From Chlamydiales bacterium (GTDB lineage: Bacteria; Chlamydiota; Chlamydiia; Chlamydiales; JBDQID01), in contig JBLFWS010000054.1 of the NCBI GenBank assembly GCA_047611865.1, positions 1 to 19,937 of the forward strand: a stretch of DNA of 19,937 nucleotides, written 5' to 3'. Made by a program: the position numbers and the translations under genes. Below are positions 7,549 to 16,604 of the stretch, one piece after another; position 1 is the first letter of the stretch; each line of letters begins with the position of its first letter. Below the pieces are notes generated by a model. That model saw only the letters and a program-made list of their open reading frames with translations, did not search any database and was not told where the DNA came from.

Positions 7549-8385
7549 CTACTCGAAAGAAAAACTATACGTAGAAGAGTTTGTGTTGAGATTATGGATG
7601 ACTTCACTTTTTATTAATCGATTTTCTCTTACATCATCGTTGATAGCATCATAGGCATCCCAAGTGATATGGGAGTAGACGTATGATTCATTTGGAGTGA
7701 TTCGGAGGTGGACAAAGGGGTCTTTGTCGTGATTTTCAAAAACAACATTTTCTATAGGGACATTTTTTAGAAGGCTCTTATTCTTCATAAAAAAGGTGGC
7801 AACTTTGTGGTTTAGGTCTACACAGGTACGGGAATTAAAAAGTCGTGAGATTCGAGTAAGTTGATTATGTGCGTATTTATCATCAGGAAGAAGCTTTATG
7901 ATTTTTCTCACGCAGGAGTCAAAATCTTCGCAGCGAATATCGTTTATATAGTATTCCATCCTGCCAAAATCGTCTTTCATGGAGGATTCGACACCCAGAA
8001 GATTGTTTTGTAGTTCATAGTTAGTTAATTGAGAGTCAAAAGGGTAGCCACAGATTGCAACCATTGGCTGTCCTCTTTCGCCGGGGAAATCATGGAGTGT
8101 TTCTTTGAAGTTTAATTTGTAAGATTTAGAGGCTATCCGATGAATGCCAAGTCCAGCAAGGGCAATGGTACTGATGGCAAAGATAGCGGGGCAGGCAAAG
8201 CCTACGACAACTTTAAATAGTATAAGGCCACCTGTGGTGGTGGATGTCGCTGCAAGGGACGAAAGAGCGGTATTGGAAATTAAATTGGACGATGGGGTGA
8301 TCTTCTTTAAAAGATCTTTGGAGATTTCATCAGCTTCATGGGTAAGGACTAAGGGTACTATTTCCATTGATGAGATACCTGTCAT
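7549..8385 (-). CDS. hypothetical membrane protein with N-terminal extended hydrophobic segment (Inc-like candidate)
   Basis: 278 aa, with an approximately 40-aa hydrophobic stretch (ALSSLAATSTTTGGLILFKVVVGFACPAIFAISTIALAGLGI). The start overlaps the folE stop (ATGA). Confidence 0.65.
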   Translation of the reverse strand: MTGISSMEIVPLVLTHEADEISKDLLKKITPSSNLISNTALSSLAATSTTTGGLILFKVVVGFACPAIFAISTIALAGLGIHRIASKSYKLNFKETLHDFPGERGQPMVAICGYPFDSQLTNYELQNNLLGVESSMKDDFGRMEYYINDIRCEDFDSCVRKIIKLLPDDKYAHNQLTRISRLFNSRTCVDLNHKVATFFMKNKSLLKNVPIENVVFENHDKDPFVHLRITPNESYVYSHITWDAYDAINDDVRENRLIKSEVIHNLNTNSSTYSFSFE

Positions 8386-9068
8386 CGTATTCCTTCAAAG
8401 AATTCCTTGCGGAGGTGTTCGGCATTCTTGAAGTGGCCCCGTAAGAAATTCGTGGTTGTCATGCTGCTCTGGTCCTGAATCCCACGAGATGAGACGCAGG
8501 CATGCTTGGCAGTTAGAGAAACAGCGACATTCTCAGTTTGCAAAATTGTGGCAAGGCTGTCAGCAATTTGCGCTGTAAGCCTTTCCTGTATCTGAGGTCT
8601 TTTGGCAAAGTAGTTGACGATTCTGTTAATTTTCGAAAGGCCAATTACGTGACCATTAGGAATATAAGCCACGTGGGCTTTTCCTTGAAAGGGAACAAAA
8701 TGGTGTTCGCAGAAACTATTGAATTCAATGTTGCTGACCAAGACCATATTGGGGTCATCGTCATGGAACTGGTCTTTCACCAAAGAAATTTCAGGGAAGT
8801 TGTTTACGTTAAGCCCATTGAAAATTTCCTTAACATACATTTTAGCTATACGGTAAGGGGTCCTTTGTAAAGACTCGTTGGTGATATCCAATCCTAAAAT
8901 TACCATAATATCGCGAAACTTCTCCTCGATAAGAGCTATCTTTTCGTCCTCGGGAATCTCATGAAAGCTAGTCGTTACAGGATTGGGATAGTTCGTGATA
9001 GCTGCGAAAGAACTAAGGTTTTCATCGTCTTCTTTTAAGGATGTAATCACATCAGATTGATTGGGCAT
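8382..9068 (-). CDS. folE: GTP cyclohydrolase I
   Basis: TPYRIAKMY, SFCEHHFVPF, GLSKINRIV, RPQIQERLT, HACVSSRG (Zn ligands Cys/His/Cys). Confidence 0.97.
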   Translation of the reverse strand: MPNQSDVITSLKEDDENLSSFAAITNYPNPVTTSFHEIPEDEKIALIEEKFRDIMVILGLDITNESLQRTPYRIAKMYVKEIFNGLNVNNFPEISLVKDQFHDDDPNMVLVSNIEFNSFCEHHFVPFQGKAHVAYIPNGHVIGLSKINRIVNYFAKRPQIQERLTAQIADSLATILQTENVAVSLTAKHACVSSRGIQDQSSMTTTNFLRGHFKNAEHLRKEFFEGIR

Positions 9069-9074
9069 TAAGGC

Positions 9075-9830
9075 TTACCTCTCATTTACGTGTAGATGTT
9101 GCTGACGTTGAATGGCTCCAGCGGTAATGGAAAATGCGTTGGCGACATTTAAGGAGTTCTTCCTTCCCATAAGAGGGATTCTTAGTAGGTAATCAGCCTC
9201 TTGTAAGGATTCGTCTGAGCAACCATATTCTTCGTTTCCCACAACCAATGTAAATGATTCAGGAAAAACAAATTCATGTAGATTAAAAGCGTCAGGGCTA
9301 GTTTCAAGAACTATAACAGGCTTGGGGAGGTGCTTGAGAGCGACTCCCTTAAAACAACTTACCCACTCCCAGGTACCCATAGAGGTCTTTCGGACTTTGG
9401 CATTATCCGTGAATGGAGTGTCCTTGGAAAAATATACCGATCCCAATGACAGAGCCTCTGTTGTACGCAAAATACTCCCGACATTATGAGCTGAACGCAA
9501 ATTATCCAAGTAAATAGATATAGGAAGGGGTGGATGACTGTCCCGATTATCTCCTTTATCCACATGTGGTAAGAGGTTGTGCTCTTGAAAATGAACCCTG
9601 GCAAGTCCTAAATGCCAATGATACCGGTCTGCAATATGTTTGCGGTCCTGGCAATTATACAGAGGCGAATGCTCCATCCAAGCGATGATCTCGTTGTAAT
9701 GGAGCAAAAGCTCTTCTATGGGGTGATTGTCAATAAGGCCCTCATAGGCCTGACGGAGAATCTCCGCAAGGTTCTTGTGCTGTCGATCCAAAGGTAAACT
9801 AAGGAATTTCTTTTGCGTAAAACCTAGCAT
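9075..9830 (-). CDS. TrmH/SpoU family (SPOUT) RNA methyltransferase with N-terminal extension
   Basis: LDNLRSAHNVGSILRT, VVGNEEYG, IPLMGRKNSLNVANA. Confidence 0.92.
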   Translation of the reverse strand: MLGFTQKKFLSLPLDRQHKNLAEILRQAYEGLIDNHPIEELLLHYNEIIAWMEHSPLYNCQDRKHIADRYHWHLGLARVHFQEHNLLPHVDKGDNRDSHPPLPISIYLDNLRSAHNVGSILRTTEALSLGSVYFSKDTPFTDNAKVRKTSMGTWEWVSCFKGVALKHLPKPVIVLETSPDAFNLHEFVFPESFTLVVGNEEYGCSDESLQEADYLLRIPLMGRKNSLNVANAFSITAGAIQRQQHLHVNER

Positions 9831-9841
9831 AATTTTGCCAA

Positions 9842-11440
9842 TTACTGAGTTGCTGCTGCCTGCTTTTTAGAAAGGTATTCCTCAAGGTTACCCTCGTGAA
9901 TATGGATACCATCATCTTCAAAAGCAATAATTTTTGTTGCCACACTTTCAATCAGACCGCGGTCATGGCTAGCAATAACAAGTGTTCCTTTGTAATCTTC
10001 TAGGCCCCAGGCTAGTGCAGAAACAGCTTCCAGGTCAAGGTGGTTGTTAGGCTCGTCCATAATCAGAAGATTGTGATCTTCCAGCATCAGTCCCGCAAGA
10101 ATTAAACGTGCGGTTTCCCCACCGGAGAGCTTCGTAACTTCCTTGAAGGCATCATCACCAGCGAAAAGCATTTTGCCCATAGCGGCGCGAAGTTCTTGGT
10201 CGTACAAACCTTGTTTTCTCTGGCGCAACCAGTCGAAAGATTCGACCTTTTCATTTTTGTCGATGACTTCGGCGTGGTTTTGAGGGAAATAGCAAGTCTT
10301 AACCAAGTGGCCAACTTCAATACTTCCATTAGTGGGTTCAAGAACTTTGGCAAGCATCTTGAGAAGAGTTGTTTTACCTCTACCGTTGTTTCCAATTACC
10401 GCGACCTTGTCTCCACGCTGAATCTCAACGGAGAAACCATCGAAAACTTTATCCTCGTCATCGTAGCTTTTGCCAAGTTTTTCAACTTTCAGAGCAATCT
10501 TTCCCGAAACTTTTTCGGGCGTAGCAAAGCGAATGTACGGGCGTTGGATGTTGGACTGCTTTAAATCTTGAGGCTGCAAGCGCTCAATCTCGCGTTTACG
10601 GGATTGTACCTGACTCGCACGGGTTCCCGCACCGAACTTTGAAACAAACTCTTTTAGCTGAGCAATCTTCTTTTCTTTAGATTTAGCTTCGCCTTCTTGC
10701 CTTGAACGAACTGATGTTTTGGCGAAGACCATGGCGTCGTAGTTGCCAGGGTATAAGATGATGGTCTCGTAATCTACATCAGCAATGTGTGTCGTAACAG
10801 AGTTAAGGAAATGGCGGTCGTGACTTACTACAACCATAGCCCCCTTGTAGCCAGCCAGAAATCCTTCTAGCCAGGAAATAGCTTCCATGTCCAAGTGGTT
10901 CGTTGGCTCGTCAAGAAGAAGGGCTTGAGGGTCTCCAAACAAAGCCTGACAGAGAAGTACACGAAATTGTAGGTCTGTAGGGATTGAGCCCATTTTTTCT
11001 TCGTGGAATTCAGTTGGAATGCCCATCCCATTAAGGAGTATTTCAGCATCATTGTCAGCGGAATAGCCATTTTCTTCAGCAATGATTCCTTCGATGTCTC
11101 CAAGGCGCATGCCGACTTCGTCGGTCATTTCCAGTTCGTATAGGCGGTCGCGCTCTTCTAAAACTTCCCAAAGTCTCGCATTTCCCATGATGACAGAGTT
11201 AATAACTGTGAGTTCACGGAAGTCTTCGATGTTCTGACGTAACATTCCCACCCGTTCCGGGAGAGTGATGTTACCAGTAGTGGCTGTTTCCAATCCCATA
11301 ACGATTTTTAATAGGGTGGATTTGCCGGCACCATTTGGGCCGGTTAAGCCATAGCGGTTCCCATCTCCAAATGTAATGTTTACATTTTCAAAGAGGATGC
11401 GGCTGCCGAAAGCTTTGGATATTGACTCTAAGGTAATCAT
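9842..11440 (-). CDS. ABC-F family ATP-binding protein (two ABC domains, no membrane segments)
   Basis: GPNGAGKST...LLLDEPTNHLD...SHDR and GNNGRGKTT...LSGGE...MDEPNNHLD...SHDR. Confidence 0.95.
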   Translation of the reverse strand: MITLESISKAFGSRILFENVNITFGDGNRYGLTGPNGAGKSTLLKIVMGLETATTGNITLPERVGMLRQNIEDFRELTVINSVIMGNARLWEVLEERDRLYELEMTDEVGMRLGDIEGIIAEENGYSADNDAEILLNGMGIPTEFHEEKMGSIPTDLQFRVLLCQALFGDPQALLLDEPTNHLDMEAISWLEGFLAGYKGAMVVVSHDRHFLNSVTTHIADVDYETIILYPGNYDAMVFAKTSVRSRQEGEAKSKEKKIAQLKEFVSKFGAGTRASQVQSRKREIERLQPQDLKQSNIQRPYIRFATPEKVSGKIALKVEKLGKSYDDEDKVFDGFSVEIQRGDKVAVIGNNGRGKTTLLKMLAKVLEPTNGSIEVGHLVKTCYFPQNHAEVIDKNEKVESFDWLRQRKQGLYDQELRAAMGKMLFAGDDAFKEVTKLSGGETARLILAGLMLEDHNLLIMDEPNNHLDLEAVSALAWGLEDYKGTLVIASHDRGLIESVATKIIAFEDDGIHIHEGNLEEYLSKKQAAATQ

Positions 11441-11494
11441 AAGTAAGCAAAAATAAGGTAAGTAAATAAATAAGTTGTTGACTTGAATGGGAAC

Positions 11495-11523
11495 ATGATA
11501 GCAAAAATGATGATCTCATACAA
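11495..11523 (-). promoter_or_regulatory. putative sigma66/sigma70 promoter of the ABC-F-SpoU-folE operon
   Basis: Minus strand TTGTAT-17 nt-TATCAT with extended TG, about 55 nt upstream of the ABC-F ATG. Confidence 0.45.
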
Positions 11524-11554
11524 GGTTAAAAACCCGCACAATAACGGGGCGACG

Positions 11555-12541
11555 ATGTTTATTCACGCGTCATATAAATTTCTTGAGCATCTTAGATCAG
11601 TAAAGAACGCTTCAGAGCACACCATACGCAATTATACTATCGATTTAAATGGGTTAAAAAAATATCTTGAAGCCGAAGTTCTTAAGCTTAAAGAAGAAAA
11701 ATTCCCAGAAAAAATTAACTATAATCTCAACTATAACCTTCGTAGTACGGAAAATGATGATAGCATCGGTCTTGGACTCGTTACTCGGAAAGTTATTAGA
11801 GATTATCTGGCCTTTCAGAGTCTTCAAAGCGTCAGTAGAAGGACGATTGTTCGCCGGATGTCATCCCTGCGATCCTTTTTTAAGTACGTAATGAGGCAAG
11901 GGTTTGTTGAGCATAACCCTATGGAGGATATCGAAAGTCCTAAAGTAGAAAAAGTACTGCCCGTTTCTCTCAGTTATGAACAGGTACAAACACTTTTTGA
12001 CCAACCCGATACCCATGAATACCTTGGTTTTCGCGATCGCTGTATTATGGAATTGTTTTATAGCTCGGGGCTTCGGGTTAGCGAGCTTGTCGGACTGAAT
12101 CGTAATGAATTTGACCCTCAAAATCTTGTCGTTCGACTGTGGGGGAAAGGGAGAAAACAACGTGTCATTCCCATTACAAAAAATGCGGCTGAATGGATTT
12201 CGGCATATCTAGAGCACCCTGAAAGAAAACGTGATATCGATGGGCACCTGGCTCAAGTTGATGATGATGCTGTTTTCCTCAACAAACTAGGTACTCGTCT
12301 CTCACCACGTTCTGTCGACCGAAAATTCGATAAATACCTCACCACCAGTGGGCTTGCAGGAAAAGTCACTCCTCATACTATTCGGCACACGATAGCCACG
12401 CACTGGTTAGAAAATGGTATGGATCTTAAAACCATTCAGGTGCTATTGGGTCACAGTTCCCTCGCCACCACTACCATCTATACTCATGTCTCATCAGGCT
12501 TGAAAAAAAATGTATATGATGCGACTCACCCGCGAGCTTAG
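11555..12541 (+). CDS. xerC: tyrosine recombinase XerC
   Basis: SEHTIRNY, RD...ELFYSSGLRVSEL, GKGRKQR, TPHTIRHTIATHWLENG, LLGHSSLATTTIYTHV (R-K-H-R-H-Y). Located between ABC-F and rnz, as in Chlamydia. Start placed at ATG 11555 (MFIHAS). Confidence 0.9.
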   Translation: MFIHASYKFLEHLRSVKNASEHTIRNYTIDLNGLKKYLEAEVLKLKEEKFPEKINYNLNYNLRSTENDDSIGLGLVTRKVIRDYLAFQSLQSVSRRTIVRRMSSLRSFFKYVMRQGFVEHNPMEDIESPKVEKVLPVSLSYEQVQTLFDQPDTHEYLGFRDRCIMELFYSSGLRVSELVGLNRNEFDPQNLVVRLWGKGRKQRVIPITKNAAEWISAYLEHPERKRDIDGHLAQVDDDAVFLNKLGTRLSPRSVDRKFDKYLTTSGLAGKVTPHTIRHTIATHWLENGMDLKTIQVLLGHSSLATTTIYTHVSSGLKKNVYDATHPRA

Positions 12542-12546
12542 CTGAA

Positions 12547-12578
12547 AAATCGAAGCCCCTGATGTGGGGCTTCGATTT
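12547..12578. terminator. bidirectional intrinsic terminator between xerC and the RES toxin
   Basis: Perfect 13-bp stem AAATCGAAGCCCC-tgatgt-GGGGCTTCGATTT with A/T tails, between convergent stops. Confidence 0.88.
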
Positions 12579-12581
12579 ATT

Positions 12582-13277
12582 TTATAGCTTGTTGTCGAGC
12601 TGTGCTTCAAAGATGTCTCTGGCATGATGCTCTCCGTCTACAAAAAAGGCGTAACAGGTATTGTCTCCATGGTTCATATTTACTGATTTGTAAAGAATTC
12701 CATCGCCTCCAAAATTTCTTATATAGTGAGCAAGACGTTGACTAATCTTAGGGATTTTCTGGAGACCCCAAGCTGCGCCAGTGGGAAATTCATTGATTAG
12801 TTGAATTAGGTTAGGGTAGTGAAAGTTTTTTTCTATGAGTTCTTCAATGCTCCACAATTCAATATTTTTTCGTTTTGGAATAAGTTCATATTCTTTTCCA
12901 TCTCTTTTGATGGAGTCGCCATAGAATTCAGTTCTGGCACATTCAATAGTTTGAGAAGCGTAGAGGCATACCCCGACTTCAATGTTTGGAAGGAAGGTGA
13001 GCTGAGAGGCCCCAATGCAAAATCGGGAACCAAATGCAAAGTTACCGGTGAGTTCGAAAGGTTCTCTGTTTTTGCCAACAATTCGAAATATTGGAATATT
13101 GGATATATTTTTTAGGGAGTTGCGATTAGGTATTGGCTTCTCGTCTTTGAGCCACTGGTTAAATTGACTTAGATCATCTAAATCGGAGATCCAGGAGGAG
13201 ATAGTTTCCAAGGCTTTTTCATTAGCATTATCAAAGTCTGTTTGAAAGAGGTGAAGGTCGCTAGGGTCAAATGTCAT
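12582..13277 (-). CDS. RES domain toxin (putative NAD+ phosphorylase / ADP-ribosyltransferase fold)
   Basis: IFRI...GSRF (R)...LYASQTIECARTEF (E)...GDGILYKSV (S)...CYAFF. Lies 18 nt downstream of an antitoxin-like gene. Confidence 0.8.
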   Translation of the reverse strand: MTFDPSDLHLFQTDFDNANEKALETISSWISDLDDLSQFNQWLKDEKPIPNRNSLKNISNIPIFRIVGKNREPFELTGNFAFGSRFCIGASQLTFLPNIEVGVCLYASQTIECARTEFYGDSIKRDGKEYELIPKRKNIELWSIEELIEKNFHYPNLIQLINEFPTGAAWGLQKIPKISQRLAHYIRNFGGDGILYKSVNMNHGDNTCYAFFVDGEHHARDIFEAQLDNKL

Positions 13278-13295
13278 TTGCAGCTCAGTGTAAAG

Positions 13296-13664
13296 TTAAA
13301 CTCGTTCTTCTAGCCAGTTAAGTATGATATCTCCTTTACCCTGAACTATCCAGTCGATTGGAGCTCTATTGAAGAAAAATTGATTGGGCATTCTAAGCCA
13401 GTTAATGGCTTTTTCCTTATCATTTTGGACAAATTTAAAGGCTAGATCAGCGATTTTAACTAAGTTGAATAAATTCTCTCTTGAGGATTCTTTGATTTTA
13501 GCTGTATTTTGCCTATAAAGTGTTTGACGTGAGATCTTTAGGAATTCTTTTAATTCAACAATACTAGGCACAAGGGCTTTAAGAGTGACTAGATCCGATT
13601 TTTTCTGATCGCTAGTCAAAATGCTTAAGCTGTCGGGGTAATGACCCGTTGTTGGTGAACCCAT
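13296..13664 (-). CDS. Xre-HTH / MbcA-ParS-type antitoxin
   Basis: HTH-like LKEFLKISRQTLYR; C-terminal KAINWLRMPNQFFFNRAPIDWIVQGKGDIILNWL. Start placed at ATG 13664 behind AGGAGG (13672-13677). Confidence 0.85.
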   Translation of the reverse strand: MGSPTTGHYPDSLSILTSDQKKSDLVTLKALVPSIVELKEFLKISRQTLYRQNTAKIKESSRENLFNLVKIADLAFKFVQNDKEKAINWLRMPNQFFFNRAPIDWIVQGKGDIILNWLEERV

Positions 13665-13686
13665 ATGTTTACCTCCTGTCATGCTG

Positions 13687-13725
13687 TGTAAACTAAGTGT
13701 AACATAACTGTAATTTAACTGTAAA
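13687..13725 (-). promoter_or_regulatory. TA operon promoter overlapped by a 4 x TTACA array at 11-bp period
   Basis: TTTACA (13725-13720)-18 nt-TACACT (13701-13696), with an extended TG. TGTAA on the + strand at 13687, 13698, 13709 and 13720. Confidence 0.7.
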
Positions 13726-13824
13726 GTTATTTGTATAGGATTGCCAGGTGATCTATGCTGTTCTTTGAGAAGAAAAGACTGATATTTGATTTTTTCACCA
13801 GGGGAGGATGAGTCTTTTCAGTCC

Positions 13825-14733
13825 TTAAAATTTAGGGAAGGGAAAGCGACGTAAATCTTCTGCGACGTCAGTGTTGGGGAAGATTGCGCGGCTCTCTTCG
13901 AGGAATTCGTCCATGTCGCTGTAACGAGCAGAGAAGTGTGTGAGGACGAGCTTGTGTGCCCCGGCTTCTTTGGCGATGATGGCGGCCTCTTTAGCTGTCA
14001 TGTGGCTGTGTTTCGCGGCCAGGTGCTTGTCTCTGTCGAGATATGTACTTTCGCTGAGAAGTAGCTTGGCTCCCTTGGCAATATCGATAGCGTTTTGGCA
14101 AAAGCGGGTGTCACTGACGAAGACAAAGCTGTCACCAGGGCGTATTTCGCTGACATCGTCTAAAGTGACTGTTTCGTCGTTGATTTGTAGGCTTTCTTTT
14201 TCTTGAATCTCGCGGACCATGGGTCCGTGGATGCCGGCACTTTTAAGTTTATCTTTGAAAAATTTTCGTGTGTCAGGCTCCGTGATTCTCCATGCGATGC
14301 AGTCTACTCCGTGGTCCAGAAAAGCAGCTTCGATGCGGAACTTACCATAGTCTTCAACTAGGCCAGCTTCACTGACGGGGTGTTCGACGACCTGGATACG
14401 TTCGTGATACATTGTGCCGTAGCGGAGGCGGTCAAAATATATTTTGCCACTGGCAGGGTAGTAGCAATGAATTGTGTGCTTAACGCTGTCCAGGTTAAGG
14501 CGCATAAGCATAGATCCGAGGCCAAGACAGTGGTCTCCATGGAAGTGGGAAATGAAGATTCTACTTACGACGGGGGGGGCAATGTTAGCGAAGATAAATT
14601 GTCTTTGTGTTCCTTCGCCGGGATCAAAGAGGAGTCCCTCATTGTTCCAGCGCAGAAGATAGCCACTGTGGTTTCGGTAGCGGGTGGGCTGCTGGCTTGA
14701 GCTGCCTAGTATGGTAAGATCGCGGACACTCAT
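13825..14733 (-). CDS. rnz: ribonuclease Z
   Basis: [34 protein letters not shown] exosite motif (GIHGP), [19 protein letters not shown]. Confidence 0.95.
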   Translation of the reverse strand: MSVRDLTILGSSSQQPTRYRNHSGYLLRWNNEGLLFDPGEGTQRQFIFANIAPPVVSRIFISHFHGDHCLGLGSMLMRLNLDSVKHTIHCYYPASGKIYFDRLRYGTMYHERIQVVEHPVSEAGLVEDYGKFRIEAAFLDHGVDCIAWRITEPDTRKFFKDKLKSAGIHGPMVREIQEKESLQINDETVTLDDVSEIRPGDSFVFVSDTRFCQNAIDIAKGAKLLLSESTYLDRDKHLAAKHSHMTAKEAAIIAKEAGAHKLVLTHFSARYSDMDEFLEESRAIFPNTDVAEDLRRFPFPKF

Positions 14734-14865
14734 GAATGATTACTAACTTGTTATTTTAAGGAGTCAAATAATTTACAAAGGGGAAAAAAACTCCCAGCTG
14801 AGCCGAATTATAGTAGCAGGCTGGAGTGTTATATTCAAGTTTTACGAAGCATATTCCAACGTTTC

Positions 14866-15663
14866 CTAGTTTAAGGTAGCACGGGCTGTATCAAAGGTAA
14901 TGGCTCTACTTATCTTGTCCTGAAAGGCGATGGAAAATTCTATGCTATCGGCCTTATCACCAAGGGCTTCTTTAACAGTTTCCAGGGCGAGGGCGGGTTC
15001 GTTGCATTCACCGGAAAGGTGGGCCAGGTGAACGTGCTTGAGCTTTGGAGACCATACCTCTTTGAGAAGTTTTCCGCAGTCTTCGTTGGATAGGTGGCCA
15101 CTTCTGCTTAGGACACGCTGTTTGTATACATTGGGACGGGGGCAGGAGTAAACAAGAGCGGGGTCATGATTTGCTTCTACATACAGATAGTCACAGTCCT
15201 GTAACTGCTTTTGTACTAAAGAGGTAGCAAAGCCGAGGTCAGTGCAGATTCCGACCTTAATTTCTTCGTACTTAACCGTAAAGGCTACTGGATCTGAGGT
15301 GTCGTGAGGGATGCTAAATGGGTGAATCAGTAAGTCGTTGAATTCAAAATTTTCACCGGTAGAAAAGATTTTAAATTTTGGGCAATCTCTAAGTTGATTG
15401 GTAATGCCCTTTGCTGTTTCACAATTAGCTAATACGGGTATGCCTTTTTTACATGCAAGAACCTTAAGGCCTTGTATGTGGTCGCCATGCTCGTGGCTTA
15501 CAATTATGGCGTCAATATCGTCGATATCAACACCTATTTCTTCAAGTTTCTTAACAGTCGCACGACCACTGATGCCGCAGTCAAAAAGTACTTTCGTCTT
15601 TTGAGTGCCAAAAAATATGCTGTTTCCTCGAGAACCAGAGGCGAGTGGACAAAAACCAATCAT
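14866..15663 (-). CDS. MBL-fold metallo-hydrolase, YycJ/WalJ-like
   Basis: LASGSRGNS, DCG, SHEHGDH, PHD, TDLG, EANHD, GHLSN, LAHLSGECN. Confidence 0.9.
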   Translation of the reverse strand: MIGFCPLASGSRGNSIFFGTQKTKVLFDCGISGRATVKKLEEIGVDIDDIDAIIVSHEHGDHIQGLKVLACKKGIPVLANCETAKGITNQLRDCPKFKIFSTGENFEFNDLLIHPFSIPHDTSDPVAFTVKYEEIKVGICTDLGFATSLVQKQLQDCDYLYVEANHDPALVYSCPRPNVYKQRVLSRSGHLSNEDCGKLLKEVWSPKLKHVHLAHLSGECNEPALALETVKEALGDKADSIEFSIAFQDKISRAITFDTARATLN

Positions 15664-15786
15664 TTTACCATCCGTAAATCATTAAACGCAGACTATATGA
15701 CCTCATGGAGCTTTTTTCCGCAAGAAAATACCCTTAGATCAAAGAGGTATTAGCTACTTCATTAGTTTTTGGTCAATTCACTGAAG

Positions 15787-15802
15787 TGGCATTCAATTTG
15801 CA
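15787..15802 (+). promoter_or_regulatory. sigma54 (RpoN) -24/-12 promoter
   Basis: TGGCATTCAATTTGCA matches TGGCAC-N5-TTGCW with exact GG-N10-GC spacing. Correctly oriented, about 70 nt upstream of the fliS operon. Confidence 0.8.
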
Positions 15803-15869
15803 TAATCAAAAACGGTAAACACTACGAATAATTTAAGAAGCGTCATTGCGTTGTGTATAACTTTTATAA

Positions 15870-16556
15870 ATGGAGCGATGTGGAGCTATGCAAATCATTA
15901 TAGAAGAACACAACCTTGAATGGGATCTCGATAAGAGAGAGGTCACTATACAGCAGGTTGTGGATGAGGTGGAAATATTCCTATTTTCCGTCGGTAAAGT
16001 TCCTGTGGGACTATCTATTGATGGGCACGTTCTTACGCAGGAAGAATTAGAATCCTGGCAGGAAAGAACTGTAGGAAAAGATCAGGTGCTGGAGTTTGAA
16101 GTCTCAGAGCTGTCAGTCTTTTTGATAGATAACCTTAGCGGGGCAAATGAAGCCAATGCAGAACTCATTAATAGCATTAATGTTTTTGCTGATGAGCTGT
16201 ATGCTTCTACTAAGTCTGTAAATCCTAAAGAGGTTGTTGAAAATATTCGGAATTTTTTCTTCTTTTGGACGCGGTTGCATAGGTTGGTTCCAAAGGTTTT
16301 TGAAACCGTGGAATTTGACGGAAAAAAATTCCAGCAGTGGTCGGATGATTTGCAGGATATCTTCAAAGAAATCGTCGGTGCTATGGAAGATGAAGATAGT
16401 GTTTTGGCTGCTGACCTTCTTCAGTATGAGATTGTCCCAGCCATTGAAGCTATAGATACTTCGGTAGGGCTGTTGAAAGAAAGTGTTGAACGGATTTCGA
16501 GTTCAGATGAAGAAGAAAAGGTAGAGGGTAGTGGAAAAATTAAAGAAAAAAAATAA
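15870..16556 (+). CDS. acidic hypothetical protein, first gene of the fliS operon
   Basis: 228-aa ORF (alternative start ATG 15888). N-terminal beta-rich part (VGLSIDG) and a helical C-terminal motif (EIVGAMEDEDSVLAADLLQYEI) that resembles, from recall, hypothetical proteins in flagellar loci. Confidence 0.7.
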   Translation: MERCGAMQIIIEEHNLEWDLDKREVTIQQVVDEVEIFLFSVGKVPVGLSIDGHVLTQEELESWQERTVGKDQVLEFEVSELSVFLIDNLSGANEANAELINSINVFADELYASTKSVNPKEVVENIRNFFFFWTRLHRLVPKVFETVEFDGKKFQQWSDDLQDIFKEIVGAMEDEDSVLAADLLQYEIVPAIEAIDTSVGLLKESVERISSSDEEEKVEGSGKIKEKK

Positions 16557-16604
16557 AGGCTGCAAGCCGAGATTTAAACACTCTGAAAATAGAGAGGGTG
16601 AAAC

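Noticed and set aside
11555..13682. xerC as the integrase of a genomic island or integron carrying the TA module
   Set aside because: The recombinase is in the ancestral chlamydial ABC-F/xerC/rnz context and looks like housekeeping XerC. No att direct repeats or attC sites were recognised.
16541..16573. sigma28-like TAAA...GCCGAGAT upstream of fliS
   Set aside because: Spacings from the available TAAA motifs are 8 or 21 nt, not about 15.
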